The notes beneath the pieces were generated by a model, which saw nothing but the letters and a program-made list of their open reading frames with translations, ran no database searches and was not told the DNA's origin. Both the position numbers and the translations under genes were made by a program. DNA of 64,000 nt from contig JBOFUV010000034.1 of assembly GCA_051652765.1 (NCBI GenBank), positions 96,001 to 160,000 on the forward strand. Reading direction: 5' to 3'. Origin of the DNA: Microcoleaceae cyanobacterium. Its GTDB lineage: Bacteria > Cyanobacteriota > Cyanobacteriia > Cyanobacteriales > Microcoleaceae. Positions 30,176-40,471 of the stretch are shown in pieces (within the stretch, counting starts at the first letter, position 1; the number at the start of each line of letters is the position of its first letter).

Positions 30176-32152
30176 TTAAAAGGGCAACTCTACCCGATTG
30201 AGGGGCTTGAAGCCTTTTGAGTCTAGATTAAGTCTTTCCTTCGTTAGACTTTGACGTTGGGGCCGAGACCCGAAACGAGGGAGAGAGAGAGTAAACGAAA
30301 TCGGAGAGTTGTCATTATTGTAACCTTGAGGTGTTAATTTTGACTGTTGTTGAGGGTGAGGGAGAGGAACAAATGGATCGACAATAAAAGGCTCTTGAAT
30401 ATAAGGTTTTAAAACTTCAGCTTCTGATTGGGGTTGCTGTGGCTGAGTTTGACCGGACTGATTTGGCGGAGGAACCTGAGACGTTGCGGGATCAGTGAGC
30501 AGAATTTGAGAGCCTGAAAGGGGAGATCGGACTTGAAAGGGGGCCGTACTTTGCTGATCCTGGGACGGTTGTGCTTCAAGTGTGGGGCTTTCCCCGGTGA
30601 CTGATTTTGCCGGGATTTGTGGGCTGTTCAGCACAACAGGGGACTGCATCGGTTGGTCAAAAATCCGGGAGAGCTTCTCAATTCGTTGCAAGATTTCATC
30701 GCCTTGTTTCCCCTGAGCAACTGCCGCTTGATACTGTCTAACTTCGATGGGCAAAAATTCAACCTTCATCTGATGATCCGCCCGCAAGGCAACTTTCAAG
30801 ACGGCTGTGTCATAATTGCTGCGGCGATTGCCTCCAAAGATAAAGTTCCCCAAGGAATAAATAATCGGGCGACCTCGATAAACTTCTGCCCCCTGCAATA
30901 CATGGGGATGATGGCCAACCACCAGATCAGCCCCTTGATCAACCGTAAACCGAGCCAATTCAATTTGCCAATCCCCTGGATATTCTGCCAGTTCAACGCC
31001 CCAGTGAAAGTTCACAATCACCCAATCCACCTGATCCCGCACTGCCTTAATATCTTCAGCAATGCGGTTGTTGTGGCGAGGATTTGTGCCCGCTATGCCT
31101 GCCTCTGCCGCATGAAAGTCGGCATCATAGTATCCAAAGTAAGCGATGCGTTGACCTTTCACCTCAATGATTTCAGGTCGCCGAGCCTCTGTAATTTCTC
31201 GACCTGCACCTACGGCATGAATGCCCGCCTTCTCCAGAGTTTTTAGGGTCTCAACTAACCCTGGTTCCTCATAATCCATGGCGTGATTATTGGCCAGGTT
31301 AACAATATCGATGCCTCCTTCTTTAAGGACTTGAACTGCTTCAGGAGCTGCTTTGAAGTTAAACTGCTTGTTGGGACGACGTAATGTTGAGCGAGTCAGG
31401 GGATTTTCCAGGTTAACCATGGCAAGATCAGCATCCCGGTACTCCTGTAATTTTTGAAAGGCCCAGGGATAATCTTTTCCCACGGTTTCCTCGAAGGAGT
31501 TAGATAGGGTGACATCTCCACCAAACATCAAGGTCACAGTTGGATCTTGTGGCTTCTGAACGGCTGTATGTTGAATCACAGGCACAGATTCTAAGGCCGC
31601 CTGGATTTGGTTAGATCGTTTAGGCGGCGGGGTAGAAATGATTGCTTCTGGCTCAGCCTGAACTGGGATTTGGGCAGACGGAACACTAATGGCGGCATAA
31701 CTGACCCAACACCCCAACACAAAAGTCATGACGGATGAACCTACCATCATCAAAGTTCGTAGGGTTTTGAACTGTAGTTTGTCTAAAAACCTATGGTAGA
31801 AGCTCTGTTGAGTTCGCTGGGTCGGAGTCAATAGCCGAACGGATTGCTTCCAAAGGATGTTGGGTTGACCTCGAAATCGACCTGCAATTTTTACCCCTTC
31901 AACGGTAGGTGCATTGACCTCCCACAGAAGATGACAAATAAACTGAATGATCCGTTCAGCAGCAGGTTCTTGGTGAAACTCCACTAAAACTTGCAGACAT
32001 CCTTTGCGATTCGCAGCAACCCTGGCAGAAATTCCCTGGGGGCGCAAATAGCGATTGAGTAAATGACCAATGGCTCGAAAGTCACCTGTCCGGGCCAACT
32101 CAAGTAATGATGAGATCGATGAAGGCTGAGCTAAGGTCTCCGCATACACCAT
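30176..32152 (-). CDS. CapA family metallophosphoesterase-like protein with N-terminal extension and a membrane anchor
   Basis: GGDVTL, VNLE, LANNHAMDY, HWGVE, GHHPHV, YSLGNF. Confidence 0.88.
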   Translation of the reverse strand: MVYAETLAQPSSISSLLELARTGDFRAIGHLLNRYLRPQGISARVAANRKGCLQVLVEFHQEPAAERIIQFICHLLWEVNAPTVEGVKIAGRFRGQPNILWKQSVRLLTPTQRTQQSFYHRFLDKLQFKTLRTLMMVGSSVMTFVLGCWVSYAAISVPSAQIPVQAEPEAIISTPPPKRSNQIQAALESVPVIQHTAVQKPQDPTVTLMFGGDVTLSNSFEETVGKDYPWAFQKLQEYRDADLAMVNLENPLTRSTLRRPNKQFNFKAAPEAVQVLKEGGIDIVNLANNHAMDYEEPGLVETLKTLEKAGIHAVGAGREITEARRPEIIEVKGQRIAYFGYYDADFHAAEAGIAGTNPRHNNRIAEDIKAVRDQVDWVIVNFHWGVELAEYPGDWQIELARFTVDQGADLVVGHHPHVLQGAEVYRGRPIIYSLGNFIFGGNRRSNYDTAVLKVALRADHQMKVEFLPIEVRQYQAAVAQGKQGDEILQRIEKLSRIFDQPMQSPVVLNSPQIPAKSVTGESPTLEAQPSQDQQSTAPFQVRSPLSGSQILLTDPATSQVPPPNQSGQTQPQQPQSEAEVLKPYIQEPFIVDPFVPLPHPQQQSKLTPQGYNNDNSPISFTLSLPRFGSRPQRQSLTKERLNLDSKGFKPLNRVELPF

Positions 32153-32360
32153 ACAACCACGTTCCTCTGTACCTTCTGAAATTATTGCAAGTCTTACTGC
32201 TGTGTCAGTTTACTCCAGGGACAAGGCGGAAGTAAATACCAGATCCATTTCAGTAAACAATCAGATAGAATTAAGAGTATGTAAAATCTACACCGCACCC
32301 CCTAACTTAACGGTTAGATCGCCTCTGGTAGTCAGTAAACCCCCTAGAGTGATGCTAAAT

Positions 32361-32672
32361 ATGCTACATCGCAAGGTATATCAACTGTGTTGTGATGGTC
32401 GTGAGGTTTGTATCTTCTTGCGAGACCAACAGCGCTGGATCGAGAAAGCTCGTATCTTGGACATAGAAGGGGATTTAGTGACGTTGCGCTACGAGACAGA
32501 AGAAGACGATGAAGTCTCCTCCTGGGAAGAGATGGTGCGCTTAGAAAGTATCGGAGCAATTAGTCAAAAGTTAGCCTCAGTTCCTAGGGGATACTTTGAG
32601 ATTCAGGTATCTGACGACTGCCCTGAGGCAGAACAGATTCACAATCCTTCTTCTGACAAAAATCAGGACTAA
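32361..32672 (+). CDS. Conserved cyanobacterial protein (DUF6679-like)
   Basis: MLHRKVYQLCCDGREVCIFLRDQQRWIE; start placed at ATG 32361. Confidence 0.7.
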   Translation: MLHRKVYQLCCDGREVCIFLRDQQRWIEKARILDIEGDLVTLRYETEEDDEVSSWEEMVRLESIGAISQKLASVPRGYFEIQVSDDCPEAEQIHNPSSDKNQD

Positions 32673-32691
32673 CTTTGCTGGGCCTACTGTT

Positions 32692-34308
32692 TTACTCCAG
32701 TTTCTCGGTTTCTCGATACTCAAACACAGGGCAGTAGCCGTCTAGGGTTACCCTGTAGGTATAGAGAGCCGAACCAGGGTTCCAACACCGAGAGCTGCGA
32801 TAGTGATGACAGTTTCCACAGCATTCTAGCTCCGGTGCTGGAAGGCCATCTCCACTTTGACTAATCAGTTCCCGCTGAGAAATACCCCGCAAAACCAGTT
32901 CCTCTCCTTGCCAACGGGCTTCGACTAAGCCTGTATCGGCAAGGCTTTGCCAGCGTGGATCAGTAATGATGGTGTTGGGAAGCAGGATATTAATCTCTGA
33001 AGTATGCTCCGTTAACTCTCCAGAATAGTAGGTTTCTGGGAGCGGAGGTTGCAGAAATATTTCTCCAAGGGGCAGTTCGACTAAGGTTCCAACCACTGGG
33101 GAATGAAGTTGATATCGATTGCGAAGTTCTTCAAGATTGGTCAAATCTGCAAGATAGAGCGGAGAACCGTGAACAAAAATTACATGCTGGGGTCGAATAT
33201 TGTGGATGAATTGGGTTGTACCCACCCCATCACAATGTTCAGAGAGGAAATAGGTTTCAGTCCGAACGGTTTCAGCTTGAACGGCTTCAGTCCAAGCATT
33301 CAAATCTAGCTTAAGCCCTGGATGTTCAGGCAACAGAGCGATCCAGTCTCCATTAAACCCTGGAATATACTGGCTTAAGTTCGCTGTTTTATCGGTCAGA
33401 ATAATACAAGGCGAGGAGTGGCTCTGTTGTGGCCCTGGGTAGCGACGTACCCTCGGACGAATGCGCTCATCCCAGAATAGCGGTTGATGTTGGGCAAAAT
33501 TCTGAACACTATCCGGAAAGTGGGGCAAGAGATCCAGATAGCGATCGCACCCCTGAGCCACAGTACCATCCACCCAGATATCCACATCCTGACCTGTAAA
33601 GTAGTGGTGACTCCGGAGCAACATTAGCAACTCCTGACCCAAGCCCAATGCCGGGGTTGGCAGCAGGATAGAGCAACCGGACGTAATCCCTTGACAAATT
33701 CGCTCTGCCAACTGATTTTCCAATTGCCGCCGATGGGGATGGCGTGCCGTTCCATAACTGCCTTCAACAATCAGAACATCGGGCTTGAGACCCCGTAAGC
33801 TTCCCAGGGGCAACCCTTCAACCAAGCGGGAATTGGAGAGAAAAAAATCTCCCGTGTAGAACAGAGTGTAGAACCGTTCTCCGGCAATGTATTTCAGTAA
33901 AAGGGCTGCGGCTCCCGGCAGATGACCTGCTGGAAACAGGGTAATACTGAGTCCCGGCTGAACTTCAACCTCGGACTGCCAAGGCAACGTTCGACAAAAT
34001 GCCAAGATCTGCTCTGGCGAAACTTCTGGCCAGTTTAGGGCCAACAGGTGAGCTGTGACTATACTCGTGTAAATCGGAATTTTGGGAAAGGTTTGGTGAA
34101 ATGAAAGTAATCCTCTCGCATGGTCAGCGTGAGCATGACTACAAAACACAAGGTCAGCAGGCTGCGATCGCATCAGATCAACGGTGAGTTCGGATAGATC
34201 CAGCAAGCCACAGTCCAGTAAGATCCGATAAGTGCCCATCCTCACTAACAAGCAGATGCCCTCGTTACCATGGCCAACCCCATAGGAGAAGCAGTCTAGA
34301 TTAGTCAC
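32692..34308 (-). CDS. MBL-fold metallo-hydrolase (beta-CASP RNA-processing type)
   Basis: LLDCG, SHAHADH, AGHLPGAA, YTGDF, EGSYG, VHG. Confidence 0.88.
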   Translation of the reverse strand: MTNLDCFSYGVGHGNEGICLLVRMGTYRILLDCGLLDLSELTVDLMRSQPADLVFCSHAHADHARGLLSFHQTFPKIPIYTSIVTAHLLALNWPEVSPEQILAFCRTLPWQSEVEVQPGLSITLFPAGHLPGAAALLLKYIAGERFYTLFYTGDFFLSNSRLVEGLPLGSLRGLKPDVLIVEGSYGTARHPHRRQLENQLAERICQGITSGCSILLPTPALGLGQELLMLLRSHHYFTGQDVDIWVDGTVAQGCDRYLDLLPHFPDSVQNFAQHQPLFWDERIRPRVRRYPGPQQSHSSPCIILTDKTANLSQYIPGFNGDWIALLPEHPGLKLDLNAWTEAVQAETVRTETYFLSEHCDGVGTTQFIHNIRPQHVIFVHGSPLYLADLTNLEELRNRYQLHSPVVGTLVELPLGEIFLQPPLPETYYSGELTEHTSEINILLPNTIITDPRWQSLADTGLVEARWQGEELVLRGISQRELISQSGDGLPAPELECCGNCHHYRSSRCWNPGSALYTYRVTLDGYCPVFEYRETEKLE

Positions 34309-34414
34309 AGGGATTTACTCTAGAGGGTAAGATTGTAGTTAAATTTTAGGTTCGGGTAAGAACTTTTCTTAGAAAATGTTGAGAATCGTATCATAAGTGA
34401 GAGGGCAAATTCAA

Positions 34415-34987
34415 ATGACCGCAATTCCTCAATTTCAAGCTTTTTTTGACCACTGTGTCGGACAATGGGCCACCGAACGCACTTACCACTATCTCATGGA
34501 ACAGGAGGTAGAGCGATCGCACACGGACTTTGTGATTCAAACGATTGATGTAGACCGCAAAGCGAAAGTTTTAGAAGACAATCAACGGTCTACTGATCTG
34601 GATTTAGAGAGTTTGCCGGGATATCAACTCGCTTTTCAGACAGTGTCTGAACATGGCGATCAGGTTTCTCAACAGTTGAACCTTCTGTTTGTCCCTAAAA
34701 TCGTTGAACTCTCTTGGCTTGAAGGAGACTATCTTCGGGACAAAGCCTATGAAGAAGCAAAGCCCATGGTGTCTCATTTTCATTACGATATCAACACTCG
34801 GGAATTGTTAATGACCACAACCTATACGCGAGTGATTGCCATTGATTCAATCACCTTAATTAACCCAACCCTACGAATTCGCAAAATTCTGAATTATCTA
34901 CGCCCTGAAGATAATCAGCCTTTAGAAACAGTTTTGCTCGCTGGATTTGGCGTAGAACAGAAGCAGCCAGCACCATCACTTTCCTAA
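34415..34987 (+). CDS. CpcS/CpeS-family phycobiliprotein lyase (CpcV-like)
   Basis: FFDHCVGQWATERTYHY, YLRD, GFGVEQK. Confidence 0.8.
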   Translation: MTAIPQFQAFFDHCVGQWATERTYHYLMEQEVERSHTDFVIQTIDVDRKAKVLEDNQRSTDLDLESLPGYQLAFQTVSEHGDQVSQQLNLLFVPKIVELSWLEGDYLRDKAYEEAKPMVSHFHYDINTRELLMTTTYTRVIAIDSITLINPTLRIRKILNYLRPEDNQPLETVLLAGFGVEQKQPAPSLS

Positions 34988-35192
34988 TCAATTTCCTAAC
35001 GTTCTGCCTGTGTTGTCATTGGCTTTTGCGGCTTTTTCCCTGTTCACTGTTCACAAAGAGGGTGAGCAGGGATGGGCTCGACTTACAGCAGTTCTAAGCC
35101 ATCAAACTGAGGATTATGGCAACAGATTCATGAGGATTAAATTGCTTCTGAACGAGATTGGATATTCCTTAACTCAAGACCCAACTCAACCC

Positions 35193-35975
35193 TTAGCTTG
35201 AGGCACTGGTATAAAACCGAAGCGCAAATCTCCAAAGCTGTGACGAGAGCCAGAACAGCAAGATTGCCAACCCGGCGGCGGCTACAATCCAGGGAGCGGT
35301 GGCTCTCCCCAGAAATGTTTCAGCGGGAACGGTTGTTAGAAATGCCACAGGCACAATGAAAGTGAAGAAAAACCGATAGGCAACGGGATAGGCCGCCATT
35401 GGAAAACGACCTGCGTCTAATAACCCTCTCAAGACTTCAGTCACATTGTAAATTTTGACAAACCAAATACTCATCGCCCCCAGCATAAACCAAAGGCTAT
35501 AGAGAATTGTCATGCCAAATAGTATGGGGATTAAACTAGCAATATAACGAGTGATGTCTAACCCCAATTGATGCCCCGCATAGCCGAGAATAACACTTCC
35601 AAATATCAAGTCCGGCAGTCCCCAAGGAGAAATAGCCCGAGTTGAAAGCCAGAACTGACTACTAATCGGCTTTAATAAAATAAAATCCAAAGTTCCTTGT
35701 TGCACATGCTCCACAATTCGATTCAGATTTGGCGCTAAAAATGTTGCTGAAAATCCTTGTAAGATTGTAAAAATCCCCAGAATTGTCATGGCTTCCGGCC
35801 AACTCCACTGATCGAATTCATAGCCTGTACGATAGAACAGAAATAGCCCAAAAATACTGCCAATCAAGTTGCCTAAGCTGCTCAACAGGGCAAAAATGAA
35901 ATTGATTCGATATTCAAGTTCGGCGGCGATCGCCGTTCCCCAAAATAAACGGAGAATGCCAAAGTAGCGTTGCAT
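35193..35975 (-). CDS. ABC-2 type transporter permease (DUF990 family)
   Basis: LEYRINF, GTLDFILLKP, YTSASS C-terminus; multiple TM helices. Confidence 0.88.
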   Translation of the reverse strand: MQRYFGILRLFWGTAIAAELEYRINFIFALLSSLGNLIGSIFGLFLFYRTGYEFDQWSWPEAMTILGIFTILQGFSATFLAPNLNRIVEHVQQGTLDFILLKPISSQFWLSTRAISPWGLPDLIFGSVILGYAGHQLGLDITRYIASLIPILFGMTILYSLWFMLGAMSIWFVKIYNVTEVLRGLLDAGRFPMAAYPVAYRFFFTFIVPVAFLTTVPAETFLGRATAPWIVAAAGLAILLFWLSSQLWRFALRFYTSASS

Positions 35976-35978
35976 AAC

Positions 35979-36521
35979 TTAGCCTGGAATTAGCGTGCCC
36001 ACAATCCTAACAACAACTGCAAAAACTGCAACACTCAGCACAGCGACTAAAAGAATCAGCAGAACCAATCCACTCACCAGCAAGAAAATAAATCCCCGAT
36101 CTGCCTTTTGACCTGCTTGAGGAGAATCGACATGGGCTTCTAACATCTCAACATTTCTAACATTGGCTTTCCAAGCTACATCAAACATATCTCCAAAGAC
36201 GGGAACTGTTCCAACCAGGGTTTCCGTTACGATATTGGAAGCCATGCGGACTAACGTTTCCTTGGGAACGTCAAGCTGAAAAGCCTTGAAGACGATATAA
36301 GTTGAGAGCGCACCCCCAATCATATCTCCTCCCCCCGGAATCAAGCCAATAATCGGGTCTATCCCAACGCCATGGGACGTTCCCGGTACTCGAATCAGGT
36401 TATCGAGTAAGTTACTAAGCTGTCGCAGTTGCTTAACGGTAGCAGCCCTAGCAGCAGGAGTAATTGAGGAGATGGATCTAGGAGAAGGCATAGGAAAATA
36501 AGATTTCTGTCCAAACGTCAA
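35979..36521 (-). CDS. DUF4112 domain membrane protein
   Basis: LLDN.IRVPGT, GIDPIIGLIP..GD, GDMFDVAWKAN.RN. Confidence 0.88.
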   Translation of the reverse strand: MTFGQKSYFPMPSPRSISSITPAARAATVKQLRQLSNLLDNLIRVPGTSHGVGIDPIIGLIPGGGDMIGGALSTYIVFKAFQLDVPKETLVRMASNIVTETLVGTVPVFGDMFDVAWKANVRNVEMLEAHVDSPQAGQKADRGFIFLLVSGLVLLILLVAVLSVAVFAVVVRIVGTLIPG

Positions 36522-36811
36522 CCTTGAATTCCTTGTATTCTACAGTCCAAACCCATCAACCAAACTGACAATCCTGAGTGTTCACCTTAAAAGTTCACCT
36601 TAAAACTTGTTGTCGCCCCTGTCATTGTCTGTTTCAGTTGCACTTATTTAAATCAGTCAGGGAGATCTCAGTCACTCAAGTCCTCTTGTTCCAGGAGGAT
36701 TTTGGGCGATCGCTCGACATCACCGTTGAACAAAAACTACAGTAGGCAATTCTGCGATCGCCCTTGCCCAGTTGTAACGTTTTCTGAATTGCTAAAGTTC
36801 TGCTGGAAGTG

Positions 36812-36841
36812 TTGACAAAAGGATGTATCGTTAGCTAGAGT
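36812..36841 (+). promoter_or_regulatory. sigma70-type promoter (TTGACA-18-TAGAGT) for the sRNA
   Basis: Perfect -35 hexamer; -10 element ends ~6 nt before the candidate sRNA start. Confidence 0.6.
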
Positions 36842-36846
36842 TATGA

Positions 36847-36910
36847 GTGTGTGAGGAGCGAACCAGAGAGGACACCGAGACGAAACACGGCCAGTCGTCG
36901 GTGTCCTTCC
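36847..36910 (+). ncRNA. Probable Yfr2-family (Cyano-1) small RNA
   Basis: 5' GTGTGAGGAG leader, then stem GGACACCGA/TCGGTGTCC enclosing GAAACACGG; promoter directly upstream. Confidence 0.6.
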
Positions 36911-37078
36911 TGAAGAAAGAAAGTTTTCCCTCCCGAAGAATAGATTTCAAAGTAAATTTTGCGGTATGGTGTGAGTCTGCTGAACAACTGAGTTCATTAG
37001 GTGCTTTGACACCATAAAGCTCTACATTGATAAACTGTTCATTTGCTGTGTTAGAAAAATCACTCTCCGGTACGTAGG

Positions 37079-38203
37079 ATGGCCAGTTATTTTGCAACGG
37101 TGGCACGGGGGTTGGAGTTAGTTGCAGCAGCAGAGCTTGAACGGTTAGAAGCGGAGAATATTCAACCTGATTTTGCTGGGGTTCACTTTACAGGAAATCG
37201 AACCTTACTCTACCGGGTAAATCTTTGGGCAAGGACATTGTTTCGGGTACTGGTTCCCATTCATCAATTTTCCTGCTCTGATGCTCAACAGCTTTATCAG
37301 GCTGTTCAGGAGATTGAGTGGCAGGAGTATTTGACCCCAGACATGACGTTTGCAGTGGATTGCACTGGAAGCAATGCTGGATTGAATCACACTCACTTCA
37401 CAGCCCTGCAAGTTAAAAATGCCATCGTTGACCAACAACGCCAGAAATGGGGTGAGCGCTCAGATATCGACCCAAAAACCCCAGGGATTTTGATCAATCT
37501 TCACATTCATCACGATCAGGGAATCTTAAGCTTAGATAGTTCAGGGGCTAGTCTTCATCGTCGGGGATACCGACCTGCAGTGGGCCAAGCTCCCTTGAAG
37601 GAAACTTTGGCTGCTGCCCTCTTGGACTTGGCTGAGTGGAACCCTAACTTGCCCTTCTTAGACCCTATGTGTGGTTCAGGGACGTTGCCCCTCGAAGCCA
37701 GTTTGAAAGCGTTAAACATTGCGCCAGGTGTATTTCGTGAGCGTTTTGGGTTTATGACTTGGTTAGATTTTGACCCGGATCTTTGGCAGCAGTTGTACCA
37801 GCAGGCTGAGGCGGGGGAACAGTCAGAGCTTCCAACCCCCATTGTCGGCTGTGATCGCGATCCAGAGATGTTAGCCCAAGCTCGGTTTAATGCAGAACAG
37901 TGCGGCGTTTCTGATCAGCTAAAATTTTTCCAACAGGAGTTGACCACGTTAGAAGCACCAACCGATCAGGGCATCCTGATTTGCAATCCACCCTACGGAG
38001 AACGGCTAGGAGATGCGAAAGAATTGGGAAGTTTGTACAAACTCTTGGGCGATACGTTTAAACAACGATTTAAAGGGTGGACGGCTTTTGTTTTAACCGG
38101 AAATAAAACCTTAGCAAAACAAGTTGGACTCCGAACCGCCCAGCGGATTCCCGTCTACAATGGCGCATTACCCTGCACCCTGTTGAAGTATGAACTGTAT
38201 TAG
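37079..38203 (+). CDS. THUMP-domain RNA methyltransferase (RlmL-like)
   Basis: SLHRRGYR, APLKETLAAA, DPMCGSGT, CNPPYGER. Confidence 0.9.
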   Translation: MASYFATVARGLELVAAAELERLEAENIQPDFAGVHFTGNRTLLYRVNLWARTLFRVLVPIHQFSCSDAQQLYQAVQEIEWQEYLTPDMTFAVDCTGSNAGLNHTHFTALQVKNAIVDQQRQKWGERSDIDPKTPGILINLHIHHDQGILSLDSSGASLHRRGYRPAVGQAPLKETLAAALLDLAEWNPNLPFLDPMCGSGTLPLEASLKALNIAPGVFRERFGFMTWLDFDPDLWQQLYQQAEAGEQSELPTPIVGCDRDPEMLAQARFNAEQCGVSDQLKFFQQELTTLEAPTDQGILICNPPYGERLGDAKELGSLYKLLGDTFKQRFKGWTAFVLTGNKTLAKQVGLRTAQRIPVYNGALPCTLLKYELY

Positions 38204-38302
38204 AAGATCCTTTGCTCTGCTTAGCTTCAGTTGAATCCAAGTCTCATCAGCCTTAGTATTAAGAAACATTACTCAAACACACAACTCAACTCCTGAATTC
38301 CT

Positions 38303-38563
38303 ATGGCTACTCAAATTGAGATTTATACCTGGAGTACCTGTCCTTTCTGCATCCGAGCTAAGGCGCTTTTGAACCAGAAAGGGGTAAGCTTCACTGAATA
38401 TGTCATTGATGGAGATGAAAACGCCCGTGAGAAAATGGCCCAACGAGCCAATGGTCGTCGCTCTGTCCCCCAAGTCTTCATTGATGACCACCACATTGGC
38501 GGTTGTGACGATCTCTATGATTTAAACGCTCAAGGTAAGCTTGATCCACTGTTAGCGGCTTAA
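38303..38563 (+). CDS. grxC: Glutaredoxin 3
   Basis: CPFC, SVPQVFI, GGCDD. Confidence 0.95.
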   Translation: MATQIEIYTWSTCPFCIRAKALLNQKGVSFTEYVIDGDENAREKMAQRANGRRSVPQVFIDDHHIGGCDDLYDLNAQGKLDPLLAA

Positions 38564-38785
38564 ATTCAGTCAATTAAGCTGTATGTTAAAAATTGTGAAT
38601 TAAATATTGTGAATTAAATTTGGACAGATCAAGTTCTGAAGGTCGGGTTTAAACGCAACAGGTAATATACAGGAATTGGAGAACTAGGGAATGACTCTTT
38701 GAGAAGTCCCTAGTTCTAGTGGAGAGCAAGTGTATAACTCCCAAATCCATTAAAAATTCACCAAAAATCAGTACCAAAAATCAGA

Positions 38786-39766
38786 ATGAAATTTGCCTTT
38801 ATTGTTGACCCCATTGAAACGTTAAATCCCAGCCATGACAGTAGTGTTGCCCTGATGGAAGCTGCCCATAAATTGGGTCATGATGTTTGGGTGACCCAAA
38901 TTTATCAACTCACGGTCATTCAAGGGAAAGCTTGGTCAACTTTAACTCCGATTGATCTGACTCCGATTGAACGAGAGGGCGATCGCTGGCGGGTGATTCA
39001 ACCCTGGTTTTCTCTGGGTGAACCGACCTTTCAAGCCTTAGAAACTATGGATGCAGTGTTCATGCGACCCGATCCTCCTGTTACCGTTCCTTATCTCTAC
39101 GCCACTTACTTGCTGGATTATGTCAACCCCGAGAAAACCTGGGTGATCAACTCTCCCCAGGGCATTCGGGCCGCCAATGAAAAAATGTATGCCCTACAAT
39201 TTACGGCTGTTATTCCAGAAACTATTGTCAGCCAAAATAAGCAAGTGATTCGAGACTTTGTTGAACAAAAAGGAGCCGCTGTCCTCAAACCATTGGGTGG
39301 TAAAGGGGGGGAGGGAATTTTATTTTTAGAACCCGGCGATCGCAACTTAAATTCATTAGTTGAAGTTAGTACTCGGCAAGGATCAGAACCTGTGATGATC
39401 CAAACCTATTTGCCGGAAGCCAAGGATGGCGATAAGCGGATTATTTTATTGAATGGGAAACCGATTGGGGCGGTAAATCGTATCCCCACAGGCAAAGAGT
39501 TTCGAGGGAATATGGCCGTTGGCGGACGAGTAGCTCAGACCCATATTACTGAACGGGAGCTGGAAATCTGTGCAACGGTGGCTCCGGCCCTGCAAAAAGA
39601 TGGCTTATATTTTGTGGGCATTGACGTGATTGGAGGCTATCTGACGGAGGTCAATGTCACCAGTCCCACGGGCATCCGCGAGATTGACTTGTTGGATCAA
39701 ACCGATTTGGGTCAGACGGTCATGCAGTGGATTGCAGGACTTCCAACCAATCCTGGCCAATCATGA
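38786..39766 (+). CDS. gshB: Glutathione synthetase
   Basis: MRPDPP, NEKM, GDKRII, FRGNMAVGG, EVNVTSPTG. Confidence 0.96.
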   Translation: MKFAFIVDPIETLNPSHDSSVALMEAAHKLGHDVWVTQIYQLTVIQGKAWSTLTPIDLTPIEREGDRWRVIQPWFSLGEPTFQALETMDAVFMRPDPPVTVPYLYATYLLDYVNPEKTWVINSPQGIRAANEKMYALQFTAVIPETIVSQNKQVIRDFVEQKGAAVLKPLGGKGGEGILFLEPGDRNLNSLVEVSTRQGSEPVMIQTYLPEAKDGDKRIILLNGKPIGAVNRIPTGKEFRGNMAVGGRVAQTHITERELEICATVAPALQKDGLYFVGIDVIGGYLTEVNVTSPTGIREIDLLDQTDLGQTVMQWIAGLPTNPGQS

Positions 39767-40471
39767 CCGCCCAACAATTTTCAGGCCATCTTTGTAGTGG
39801 GCAATGGCGGTGATGATGGCGATCGCAAAGTAGAACAACCGAATTCCCCAAAAGCAAATGCCCATGAGGATCGTGACTAGGGCTGGAGGAATCCCACTAA
39901 CCTTAACAAACCTGGAATTCACCTGTTTTTGGAGTTTTTCCAAATCTTGCATTTGTTCGGCGCGGGTGGGAATCATTGGAAATTGCCCCGTATAGAGATA
40001 GAATCCAAACACTCCACCATGGCCCATTTGCTGCTCCAAAAATGAATCTGCCAGGTCAATGGCTTGAGGTTTTGGCAATCCATCATCTTCAACAATATCC
40101 CCAATCCAAAGGTCATATTTGACAATCTGGGACACGGCAATAATGAAGGGAATCGAAGCGATCAAGAATGCGGTGCTGATTTTTTGTCCCGCTTCACTGG
40201 GTAATAATCCCGTCGTTAATCCAAACCCCATCCCAACAATGGCAAAGACGAGTAAGTTGATTAAATCAATCAGCTCCAAGCCCCGGAGTAAATCTCCAAA
40301 GATAAAGATGGGATACAAGTAATGGTGAGCTAATACCAGGGCAGAGACCTTCATTGCTAGGGCGATCGCCACAATAATTGCCGCACAAGCAACAAAAGCA
40401 ATGGCACTAATGATGTAGAGACCAAATCGTCCTACCTTCTTGAAAACTGGCATTGAATTAGCATTCATCAT
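39761..40471 (-). CDS. Hypothetical membrane protein
   Basis: Long ORF with about 4 hydrophobic segments, co-oriented with and overlapping tlyA. Confidence 0.65.
   Translation of the reverse strand: MMNANSMPVFKKVGRFGLYIISAIAFVACAAIIVAIALAMKVSALVLAHHYLYPIFIFGDLLRGLELIDLINLLVFAIVGMGFGLTTGLLPSEAGQKISTAFLIASIPFIIAVSQIVKYDLWIGDIVEDDGLPKPQAIDLADSFLEQQMGHGGVFGFYLYTGQFPMIPTRAEQMQDLEKLQKQVNSRFVKVSGIPPALVTILMGICFWGIRLFYFAIAIITAIAHYKDGLKIVGRS

Noticed and set aside
30617..31246. 209-aa plus-strand ORF and similar antisense ORFs inside tkt, pheT, pcrA and htpX
   Set aside because: Shadow ORFs fully opposite well-supported genes, with no motifs.
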